A DNA stretch of 64,000 nt from assembly GCA_965153455.1 (NCBI GenBank), contig OZ234493.1, positions 35,392,213 to 35,456,212 of the forward strand, read 5' to 3'. Each line of letters opens with the position of its first letter. The first letter of the stretch is position 1. The notes under the pieces are model-generated. The model was not told the origin of the DNA, ran no database searches, and saw only the letters and a program-made list of their open reading frames with translations. This document shows, one piece after another, positions 52,180-64,000 of this stretch. The DNA comes from Sphagnum compactum (lineage: Eukaryota). Position numbers and translations under genes: made by a program.

Positions 52180-54439
52180 CATTAGAAGAAATCTGAAAGT
52201 CAATGACTGAATTTGTGACTCATTTATAGTTGTAATGGACACATGCGACTAAAAATAACTTAATTGCCTTGGACAAGTGCCATAAGATAGTCAATCGCAA
52301 AAGACATTACACGGCCATGAAGTTGAAAGCATAGTCACAAACCTTATGACTAGGCCATAATTTTTCATCCATTGCCATGGATGATCATTAATATGATGTG
52401 GAACCCCAATTTGCAACTGCATTCGTGACTACATTTGGGGTAGTCGCATGTTACCAAATGTGCCATTGATGGGTGGTTAAGATTTAATCACATGGTAATT
52501 TTAAAAAGCCAATGGCCATAAAACACGTGAAAATTTTCCATTTGTTAAAATATATATAATATGATTACAGTAATTAAATATTATAATTATAGTAATCAAT
52601 TATTTTAATTCATTAATTATAATCTATCTTAGGCTAAACTATAATAGGCAACATATTCTAGGTTAGGCTTGGGTAGAATAAGCTAGCTAGCATAGGTTAA
52701 GTAAGTAGGTAAGATCCTATTTATTTTATTGGGGACAAGCTTTTTGATTGGCTCATCCCAAATGGCACATGCACTATATTTATAGTGCATACCATGAATC
52801 TAATCCATTCTTTCACCTACTTATATACTTTACAAAATTAAAGTTGTAGACAAAAGATATGGGACAATTCTAATGAAAGGGAAACACTACAACATTATCA
52901 CATCCTTTGTCCCATACAAAAACATCATCATATATCCACACAATTTAAAATATTAATTGTTTTCACTAACTATTTACTATTTATTACCTAGCCTACCTAA
53001 TAAATTAATATCCTAGCCTACATTTCATAAAATTAATTGTTTAACATAGTTAACTAATTAATCAATTAATACAAAAACATTACAACATATCCATAAAATA
53101 ATTTTTTTTTGCTTAACTTATAACCTACCTACCTACTACCTACTAGTAGCTATCCTACTTATTACATACTACCTAAGTTACATACCTACTATCTAATATC
53201 TAGCCTACCTAATAAATTAATTACCTCGCCTACAATAAATGAATTTTTAACATCGCTAATTAATTAATCAATTAATAGAAAAACATTATGACATATCCAC
53301 AAAATAAAATACCTTTTGCTTAGCTTACCTACCTACCTACTAACTACTAGTACCTATCCTATTTATTACATACTACCTAGGTTAGATACCTATTATCTAC
53401 TACCTAGACTACCTAATAAATTAATTATCTACCTTACATTTAATAAATTAATTATTTAACATAACTAATTATTTTATCAATTGAGACACAAACATATGAC
53501 ATATCCACAAAATAAAATACCTCTTATTTAGCTTACCTACCTACTAACTACCTACTAGTCCCTATCCTACTTATTACATACTACCTAATCTAACTAGTCA
53601 ATTGATTAAGTACCTAACCTAATTAATTGATTAATTAATATGAAAACATAATCACATATTCACATAATAAACTAATAAACCTACCTACTACCTATATTCC
53701 TACTTACTACCTATTACCTAGTTTACGAATTGATTAATGACCTAGCCCACCAACTACCTACCTAGTTAACCTAGCCTAACTAAGTCTAACCTTCATAGCC
53801 TAGCCGATTAGCTACACCTAATAAACTAGCCTACTATTACCTATAAATAACTTAGGCCAATTAATTACGTATGCAAGCTAGGTTAGGCTACCAATGTACA
53901 TAGGCCTACTTAGTTTAATGTAACCTATTAAGCTTAGTTAGCTTAGTTTACCAACTAAGTTATAATAGCCTTTTCTAGCAAACTATTAACTATTAGATAT
54001 TATTTCATGGAAGACCCATGGATAATTGTAAAAAAGACCCATGGATGGGTACATTGAAAGGATAATAGTCCAATTGAAATAACAAAATTTGCCATATGTG
54101 GTTTATGTTTGTTTGTTCATGTGGTATAATATACTATTGTAGTTGAAAAACCTTTCATTTGTAGTTGCAAAAACAACTACGTTATCATCCATCAATGAAT
54201 GTAATCAAAATTGGATGATTTTGTTCACTTTTCATCTACATGTAGTCGTAAATTGCAATCGCATCTACAACTAAAATTTGGTTCAACCCTTCTTGTAGTT
54301 GCATGTGTGACTACAACAAGTTGCAACTACATAGACACATAAGACTAACACACTGCTAGTTATAAAATCAATTGATTTGGACATTAATCGCATATTAGTT
54401 GCAAAAATATGGTTTAAATGGACAACATTTCTTTTTGTG
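52180..54439. mobile_element. Non-autonomous CACTA element (2.26 kb), related to 17422-20136
   Basis: Decayed termini CATTAGAAGAAAT..ATTTCTTTTTGTG with TSD ATT (52177-52179, 54440-54442). Same GCGACT/GCAACT subterminal motifs and CCTACCTA-rich interior. Confidence 0.8.
52930..53700. repeat. ~207-bp degenerate tandem repeat inside CACTA element
   Basis: ACATATCCAC/TAAAATA anchor recurs near 53085, 53291 and 53499, with partial copies near 52930 and 53653. Confidence 0.75.
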
Positions 54440-55091
54440 ATTGATGCATTAATAAAATCTTATTATTTTTTTACATAGGGCTATTCATTATGTGTTGTGT
54501 TATTGTAATCCAACGTAATAAATGATGAAAACAAAAATATGGGATGCAAAATCATTAACTTGTGTTTGTAACCAATGATTTCACTACTTAAAGGACTCTT
54601 AAAAGGTCTTGACATATATATGGGAATGTTTTCAAATGCACCTTTAAATAATAATAATAAAATGCAACATCATTTTTAGTCATAAGAACTAAAATAAATA
54701 AATTAAAATTTATAAATCAAAATTCTAATAATATTATTTTCAAATGACCAACTTGACTACTTCACTCCTTATAATTTTTTTGTCTTTAGTGCCTTTTTGG
54801 TTTTTAATAACAAAAATGCACCCATCTTGACCATTTTTTTACATTTTGATCATTCAATTAAGATGGAACAATTTCAAAGATGGTTACAAGCAAAGGAAAC
54901 TCAAATTTTCCTCAACTCCTAGCAATTGATGGAGGTTAAAAATCAATTGTTTACCAATGTATTGGGTCATATGAAAGTGATATTAGCACATTCAGGAAAA
55001 TTCAACTATTATGCCAACTACCTTCAACAAGTAAATTGAGAAGGATAATACCCAAAACCAATTTTAAAACAAAAAGGATATGAAAAGATAT

Positions 55092-56161
55092 CATTACTAG
55101 AAATTACATCCTATTCCGTTGAAGTTGACCACCCAACTAGTTGTTGAATGGAAACACTATCACAAAATAACATCCTAGTGGATTCGACTATCAATTTCCA
55201 TTGTAATGGATCTTTAATGGAAAATTCCTACTAAATTGCACTCCTATCTATGTGCCACTGGGGTGCGATGGGAATAATTGTTCATTGACAAAATTTTCAT
55301 TTGAAGTTTGTACCTCCATGGATCAATGGAAATACATAGTGGAAATTGTATAGTGGAAATGCATAATGGAAATTGTAAAGTGGAAATACATAGTGTAAAT
55401 TTAAAAATGAAAATTACAAAGTGGGAATGCACAATGGAAATTGCATAGTGGAAATGCACGATGAAAATTTCATAGTGGAAATGCACAATGGACATTGCAA
55501 AGTGGAAATGCATAGTGGAAATGTATAATGGAAATTGCATACAAAAAATGCAAAATGGAAATTACATAGTGGAAATGCATAATGGAAATTGTGAAGTGGA
55601 AATGCACAATGGAATGCACATGCAATTTAACTTATAATTGGATATATGTAATTTGGTACATGTTATATTACCAAAGTAACTGGTAGTTGGATGGCAAAGA
55701 CCTTGGATTGGTGGTCTCCAAGGTTCAAACCTTGATACCAACAATGGAAATTCGATCGTATGTTGACTTTTACATGTCATATGTTGATCGTACAGTGACT
55801 ATATGTTGATTGTACATTGACCATATGTTGACCATACAATGATTGTATATAGGTCATATGTTTGGAAAATATGAATAATAGTAATATTGTTATTTATAAA
55901 TTAAAATAAAATATCAACGTACAAAACCACTACTTCTTACATGAATGATGAATGGAAATGCATAGTGGAAATGCACTGGCCAAGTTTGATGAACCAGTGA
56001 ACAAGTTGTTGGGTGGAATCGCCAATGGAACTGTTGCCACACAACCCATTTCCTAGCAATGACCACTAGGGCAAAGTCAATTTCCACTATAGTGGTTTTT
56101 GGGATTTCCAGCCATTGTTGGGTGGAATACACATTGGAATTAGACATAATTTCTTGTAATT
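55092..56161. mobile_element. Non-autonomous CACTA element (1.07 kb), second family
   Basis: Decayed termini CATTACTAGAAATT..AATTTCTTGTAATT with TSD TAT (55089-55091, 56162-56164). GTGGAA/TTCCAC motifs at both ends. Confidence 0.7.
55325..55620. repeat. ~13-bp GTGGAAATGCATA/ATGGAAATTG array
   Basis: About 20 head-to-tail TGGAAAT units inside CACTA 55092-56161. Confidence 0.85.
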
Positions 56162-59100
56162 TATGAATATTTCAATCAAGATACAAAATTTTGAAGATAA
56201 TCTTGACCTTAAGCCTATGATTCTAAAATGTATGTCCATGCATTTTTAATGTCCAAAGATTGGTAGCTCATTACTTAAGGTTCTTCAAGTGGATGTTGGA
56301 TGGTGATACGTATTGCATGTGTCATACCTTATATTTACATTCCAAAATGTTTGATTTTGACTTATATGATATGGCTTAACACCATTTGATCAACAAGCAT
56401 TCCAATGAAATGGTTGTTATATAAAGACATCGTCCATTATAGCCCAATGATCATTTGATATTTACAACTAGCAATACGAGACACATGCCCACATGAATCA
56501 AAACACAAAAAATTGCGATCAAGAAATGTTTGGCCCTAGATGCACAAGGGTTATGATCTTTAAGGAGCATATATTGCACATGTTGTAGTCTTGAAAGATT
56601 TGATGGGGATAGACCACAACCCAACAAGGACATTTCATATGATTTTAACTATATTTTGTTCCTACATCTTGAGGCCCATTCACCATATCGATCCTTGGTA
56701 GCATATCTAAATTGCTAGGTTCCATTACATTTTAAAATAACACTATTAAGGCATAACCACCATTAAATTAACAACACATGTAAAACAATAACATTAATAC
56801 TTTAGTATTGTGTAATTCCACATCTAACTAAATTTCATGACCAAAACATCAACATTAGATGAATACCACCATTAGGGCAACAACGCCATTAGGTTAGCAA
56901 CATCATTCTAAGCAATAACACATGTAGAATAATAACACATTCAAATAACAAGGTAGATGCAAGCTATGGTGGCTCACTTTTTGCATCCTTATGAACTTTC
57001 TGCAAAATGTACTTTATTCAAATGTCACAAATGCATTATAAAATCATCAATTTGATAAAAATATTTATGGATTAAGATTGCCAACTTGAATAAGAATATT
57101 TATCGAGGGGTGAAATACAATAAACATACACCAATCATATAATAACGGACTTTTAAAGTGGACATGTGGACTATAATCTGGGTTCTGCATTAACATTCAA
57201 ATGCATTTTTTATTATGATTTCATCTCAATATTTTTTTATAGTGACTCCATATATGATACATGATGGAAAAACAAATATGGATTGAGAAAAATCATAACA
57301 AAAACTTTAACCAACAAATAACTATGGACTTTTCAATGACCAAATTTGGACATTGTTTTCAAAAGTCCCAATCTTGGTCGTTTTTTGTTTGATTGATGTT
57401 TTTTTCCGCTTAACATGTATGATAAAGAGTTTTCTAGATGGGCAACCTTTCATATGGACTTTATCAATTGATTAATCACCACATAAGGCCCACTCAAAAT
57501 TGGTTTTTAGTGTTTTTTTTCCATTCTAGTGTTAATTTTTCCATTTATATGGACTTTTGGGATTGGGACTAGTCTTGCTACTTTTGAGCCACTCTAATTT
57601 GCATCTACCCAACAACATTAATACTTTCAAAATATGATGCAATACCACTAAATCGACATCATAACCAAGATAATAACAACATTATATTTACAACACCATT
57701 AGGGCAATATATAACATTTATAAAATAACAATACCAAATTTAAGGTATAATAATAGCAATACCATGATCAGTAGCACACATTGAAGCAAGAACACCATGA
57801 TCGATAGCACACATTGAAGCAAAAACACCATGATTAGCACACCATTAAGGCAATAATAGTTGGAGACCAACAACACATGAATAACAATCACAATAAAATA
57901 TTTGAATATTGTGCAATACCACTAAATAATGACCAGAACTACAACAAAAAATTAAATCAGCAACACTGAATCATCCATCATATGCATTCATCTTTCTTGG
58001 ATTTGAAATAATTTCATATCGAATTTTGTCAAACACAAGGTTTAACCACATGTATACACTTGTGTGATGAAAACAAATGGATGTAAACCACTTAAGGGTT
58101 TTATTGTTTATTCATGTTGTGTTTACAAGCTTTCAACGTTGTTAGTTATAGATGTTCTTGTGCTCCTAACATCTTATGTTGTTCGTGTTATTGTTCTTGT
58201 AAATGCCCTACTCATGTGCTTTTACTAGGTATCAAGTTGTTATTCTTGTGAAATTGTTAACATGTTTTTTTATTGTTGTTATTCATGTGTTGTTATTCTA
58301 TTTGAATGTTGTTGCCTTAAACTGTGCTACTGATAATAGTGTTGCAACCTCCTTAAAGTGTTGAACTACCCTAATCGTACTTTTGATCATGGTGTTGTTG
58401 CCCAAATGTGTGTTACTAATCATGGTGTTATTGTTCTATAAATATTGTTGCCCTAATGGTGTTACTTTGATGTTTAGTATTAATTAAAGTGTTGTTACCT
58501 TAATGTGGGTGTTGTTGCTTTAATGGTGTTGTTGATTTAATATTGGGTGAAAACACAATCAAAGGAGCTAAGGGCGCCAAGGTAAAAATCCTTTTCGAAG
58601 GATTGCACATGACACATGTCATTTTTGTGTTGGTTTATAATTTATAATTTAGTATTTTGGATACCCAATTTAACACCACATGTTAGATAAATATGTTTTG
58701 ACTATAATTAAATTTATATCATATATATTATGCATTCATGCCCTTTATCACATAAATATGAACAACTTTTTGTTAAGACCACATTTTCAAAATCCATAAT
58801 TTTCAGGGTCAAAAATACATTTGAACCAAATGTGTTCAAATCAGTTATAAAAAATAATTCCATTAGTTCAAATCCTCTTGCCCTTCTAATCATCAATGTT
58901 AAAATCCTCTCCAAGTTTTAAAAGGAATGGTGCACATTTGGTAAAAAATAAGGGATGTTTGAAAAAATAAGGATTGTCCACTCTTAAGGTTTGAGTGCTT
59001 TGAACATGCAAAAACATTTTTTATTTGTGTCAAGCTTTGAACATATAAACTTTGTAATTAATGAAAAATATTCCAAAAACTCTCATGATAATCCAAACTA

Positions 59101-61539
59101 TTATGCTTCCCTTGTGATCTTTCAAACATTAAAAAATGTAGTTTCAACTCCTTTGATTGTGTTTTTACCCTATTGTTATTGTTATTGTTGTGATGTTGAT
59201 CTAGTGGTATTGCAAAATACTCAAATATTTTAATGTTGTTATTGTTCATGTGTTTTACATGTGTTGCTACCTTAATGTTGTTATTGATTTCATGTTATTA
59301 TTATGGTTGTGATGTTGATATAGTGGTAGTGCATAATATTCAAGTATTAATATTATTGAACTATTCATTTGTTGTTGATGTAATGGTGTTGCTACCCTAC
59401 TCATGTAAGAAGTGCTCTATTAAAAACTATGTCCATTTTCACTTGAGCCTTCCACCCAACTATCTACTGAGTGGAAACACCATCACCGAACAACATCCTG
59501 GGTGGATTCAACTGTTAATTTCGATTACATAGTGGATGTTTAATGGGCTTTTGATGACCATGTGTATAATAGAAACATCGGTGCTTTCCAAGGTATTGAG
59601 GAGACACCAACTTTTAAAATGAGTGCAAATGATATATATGTTGTAGCTGGTGCAAGGGAGTGTGCCTTGAAGTAGGAGGCCAACTTGCAAATGGTGATAG
59701 ATTACTATGATATTTGGCATCAAATGATTCAAAATTTTGTTCAAACTCAATTATTTGCAAGTAAGGGATGTTGAATACCCCACTTAAAACATTGCATACT
59801 TGTGTTCACAATTACCATGTAATGGATATAATCCTTGCAGCTCATTGGTTGTTGTGTGTAGTTGAAGGTTGAATTACATGATGGAAGTTTAATGGGTGCA
59901 TGGTGGAAATTTAGTGGATGTAGGGTGGAAGTTTAGTGGGTGCATGTTGGGAGTTTGATGGGAACATGGTTGGGATCTTGGTGGAGATGTTGCACTCTGA
60001 AATGTACTATTGTAATTGTGTTCACCTTAGTTTCAAATGAAATTTGAGTAATTTTATCATGCATGAGTGATGGGCATGGCATTAATTTGCATGGGGTGTT
60101 CATTGGTATGTTGTGCATGGTGGCTGGCAAGACAAATTGTTTTGGTTGGTGAACCTAACTTGTTGCTTCTCCCCTTGGATAGGACATATGTTTTTTTAGA
60201 ATAAGCTTCCCAAGTGAGCAATGGGTTGGTCAAATTGGTGGACATGTGTGCATTACTAAAAAAATTGGTGGAAATGTCATGTGCATGCATCTCCATCATG
60301 AAGATGACTCCAAATGTTGGATAGTTGGGTGGAAACTAACTTAAAGGAACACTATGGGTTTTGGAATATATACATTTGTTCAATTATGCGATGCAACATC
60401 CACATGCCAACCATTTCTATCATGTCCAACTGTTAGTTTTTGGTTACTTCCAATTTGACATGTTCATATGTTATTGTCATCCACATGCCTTCTTTGTGAA
60501 AGACACTATCATGGGTGGAGACTAGCTAGTTGTGATTTAGAAGGAACATCGCAACCATCAAATTTTTAGTGAAACCAAAGCACAAATGTTAAAGGTCGCA
60601 CAGAGGTGAGTGAAACAATTATAACCAACATGGAAATTGATATTAAGAATGGTGATATTGGCAATGAAGGTGACAAGGAAAAGGTTGTGTGAATGGAATC
60701 CAACCTTGTTCCAAGACAAGCTAAATCACATGGATTATGAGTTAGAACTAGGTGATTCAAACCACAAGTAGATAGAACTAGTCATTGCGAGGCTATATCG
60801 AAGATAGATTTAGATGTTCTTGCACAATTAATGTCCAAACATTATATGCCTGTGTGACTTGTGCCAAACCTTTCACTACTAGGAAACATAGGTCCAGTTC
60901 AATAACCCATTTCACTATGAGCCTTTAAAAGTGAAATTAGTTCAGTAACTAATGTTTTAGCCTAATCTGATTTCAAAATGGGTGAAATCATTTACATCTA
61001 ATTCATTAAGGTTCATTTATTTATAACTTAATAAAAACGAATATTAATAATAAAAAATTATTGAATTTAAGCATTTATTAAATTTTGAATTTATTAATTT
61101 TTAAGAGATTTGGTATTCATACAACTTTAAAAAGTGTTATAGTTTGTATTAAATTTACTTTCAAAAATGAAAAAATATTTCAAAAAAATTAGATGAAAAG
61201 TATTAATCTAAATAAACTTTAATACAAATTACAATACCAAAAATATTATGTGAATAAATTAGTAATTATTTACATTATGTTAATGATTTATATATAATTA
61301 CAAATATTATTAGTAACATACTATTATTTTTAATAAATTAAATACTTAAATTAAAATTAAAATAATAAAAAATTATAAATTTTCTATTGATTAAATAAAT
61401 GCTTAAAATGTGGGGAGATATAATACCATATTATATATTACCCTCAAAAATCAAATATTTTCTGAAAAAAATCAGTAATTTAAAAAAATAGGCTTATTCA
61501 CAAATTTTTATTTTTTATTTATTTTTTATTTTTCTGAAA

Positions 61540-62060
61540 AGATATTGTTGAAATGTATTAAATAACCAAATTAAAATGCATTTTCAATTGAATTAATTGA
61601 CCTTTCTTCTATAAAAACATTTATATGTGTGAAAATCTTGAAAAAATCAATTTAGAATGGAATTTAATTTTTTTCATTTGGAAAAAGTTTGAAAAAGATA
61701 ATAATGATTAAAAAAAGAAAAAATATTTAAAGCACCATTGTTGAAATGTATTAAATTGCAAGTTTGAAATGTATTTTTAGTCAAATTAAGTAGTTATTTT
61801 TTATTTAAAATATTAAAGATGTGTACGTCTTGGGAAAATCTTCTAAAATGAATTTGTTACTTTTTCATTTGGACAAAGTATGAGAAAGATAACAATGGTT
61901 GAAAAAAAGAAAAAATCTTCAAAACATCATTGACATTGAAATGTATTAAATCGTAAGATTCAAATGAATTTGCATTCAAATTATATAGTGTTTGTTTTCT
62001 TTAACATATTAAAGATGTGTACATCATGGAAAAATCTTCTAGATTGAAGTTTTAAAATTT
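61540..62060. repeat. ~195-bp degenerate tandem repeat (about 3 units)
   Basis: TTGAAATGTATTAAAT anchors near 61548, 61741 and 61936, with shared TTTTTCATTTGGA..GAAAGATAA segments. Confidence 0.7.
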
Positions 62061-63050
62061 TCATTGACTAGTATCATCTATATCATAAATATAGATTCTT
62101 CCTGATGCTTGTCATCCTTATCATCCATCTTGATATCTTTTTGTCCTTCCCAATACATTGGTTAAGGTTGATATGTAATATGTGCTTCTTCATCTAGGAA
62201 TTGATAGGGTTTTAAATTGTTCACATTCAAGGGATTGTTATTTGGTGAGTGTGTGAACATGAACATGAGCAGGGGAACATGAGCAGGTGAGCAAGATTGA
62301 ATTTTTTGGAATATTCCATTGACACATGGCATAAAATATTGCATGATGTGGAGGAATGTCACATGTCCAAGGATGAAAAATAAAAATGAATGAAAGGGTA
62401 AAATGGATGAAAAATAAAAACAAATGAACAAAAAAAGGATGAACACAACATGTTCATAATAAAAAGTTATGTGTTAATCCAAACTTTACTTGTTCACAAC
62501 CGAAAGATATGTGGTAATCGAAACACCACTTGTTTATCCCCAAGAAGTATGTTCCCATTAGATATTGAGACAATATGAGACCACATACTCCCTATACCAT
62601 TTCAACCTATTTTTTATTTGAATTTAGTCTTTCAAACCTCTTGTGTCTAGGAGCATTCATGTTACTTGAAGAATCAAACTGCATTCTTTCCCCCTCTCCA
62701 CCAGAACTGCCTAACTCCATCTTTTCTATGGCTATAACCCATTTGTAATTTATATTTTACAATGGCAAAAAGAAAATCACAACAATGGTCACACCAAACA
62801 TCTTGGAAACTATGATTGAATACACTTTAAACTCAAGCATACTAGATAAAATATGTGAAATGATAAAACACCTTTGGAATATCCAAGAGATCCCACCCTC
62901 CTAGACCTTTTCAAACAGTTGTTAGAAATTAAAACATGGGGAACAAAACGAAAAAAACAAATTGACAAAGAAATGGGTGCACTAATAGAAATCTTGTCAT
63001 TTGCAATTAATCATTATGCAACTCTGTGTAGTGCATGCAACTAGCATGCA

Positions 63051-63166
63051 CTAGTCCCTATTCACTGGGGGGTTGACTAGTTCATTCTGTGTTTCACTAG
63101 ATTTTGAATGAATTTAGACTTTTTACCATGGTGAAACTAGTCAAACCCCTAGTGAATAGGGACTAG
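63051..63166. mobile_element. 116-bp hairpin / MITE-like element
   Basis: 32-bp arms CTAGTCCCTATTCACTGGGGGGTTGACTAGTT vs AACTAGTCAAACCCCTAGTGAATAGGGACTAG, 2 mismatches. Confidence 0.72.
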
Positions 63167-63854
63167 GTGCTACGGACAATGAATTGATCCACTACCACCT
63201 AGTGAAATACAAATTTACCAAGCCATTTCACTTACTAATTAATTAACTAAGCAACATGGAAATCAATTAAATTTAAATTATTTAATATTTAATGTAATAT
63301 TTAATATTATCAATAATTTCATGATTTTCAACCTATGACTTATTGACATGTGTCTACCTATGCTAGGTTCAAAACCTAGATTAAATACATAGGCCACGTA
63401 ATCAACCTAAGTAGGCAACTACTCTAGGGAACTACATAAGAGAATATTCAGTCAAACACATTGTTGACCTTAAACACATCGTTTGTGAGGTTTAATCCTT
63501 TGACCTGTAGGATCGAGGCAAACACCCCTACCATAAAGCCACCACACTTGTTGTGATAATGTGTTACATTACAATTCTATTTATCAAATACTTCAGTTTA
63601 AACATTACAAAAACATAAACTTTGAAAATTCATATCTTATTGAGATTTTGTGCAAATGAAATGATTAAAGTTTAATTTATTTTTTTTCAATAATGTACAT
63701 AATTATATTTATTTCCTTTTGAAAGTGTAAAATCATTTGAATAATTTTTTTTAATTATCACTATTCAATAGCATTTCAATGACCATTCTTTTGAAAAAGA
63801 AAATGTTTAATAAATGGATAAGATTTTTGCTAATATAATAACACTACCTGTGTT

Positions 63855-64000
63855 AGGCTACTTTAAGTTATTTTAGGGTTACTTTTCGTTGTTCTAAGAT
63901 ATTTCACCCTACATTATTTACAGTTTTTATGGTTATTTTTAGTTATTTCACCCTAGGTTATTTTTAGTTAATCTAAGTTATTTTAGCTATTTTAGGCTAT
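63855..64000. repeat. GTTATTTTAG / ATTTCACCCTA degenerate repeat running off the window
   Basis: Repeated GTTATTTT(T)AG and ATTTCACCCTA units. Confidence 0.55.

Overview
AT-rich, repeat-dense eukaryotic DNA from a land plant. The gene and repeat style suggests a bryophyte such as Sphagnum; this is inference only. Two host genes are supported: a 5-exon RLCK (PTI1-like/At3g15890-type) kinase on the minus strand (10516-13518, 341 aa) and a single-exon GPI-anchored arabinogalactan peptide (47706-47909). Most of the rest is decayed transposon DNA: three CACTA derivatives with intact 3-bp TSDs, Harbinger- and hAT-like MITEs, two ~115-bp hairpins and several minisatellites. The standout is a decayed 5.2-kb Ty3/Gypsy element (29026-34258, minus strand, 4-bp TSD GCTT). 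Instead of two LTRs it has split direct repeats in the sense order B'-pol-PPT-A'-GC-B-A, a layout typical of tyrosine-recombinase retroelements, yet it encodes a DDE integrase ending in a PHD finger. It has a palindromic CA-GC-TG att-like junction inside the RT-defined LTR. It also has a 14-bp Tf1-like self-priming complementarity in place of a tRNA PBS. Together these suggest integration from a 2-LTR circle opened at an internal att site. All coordinates were read by eye.
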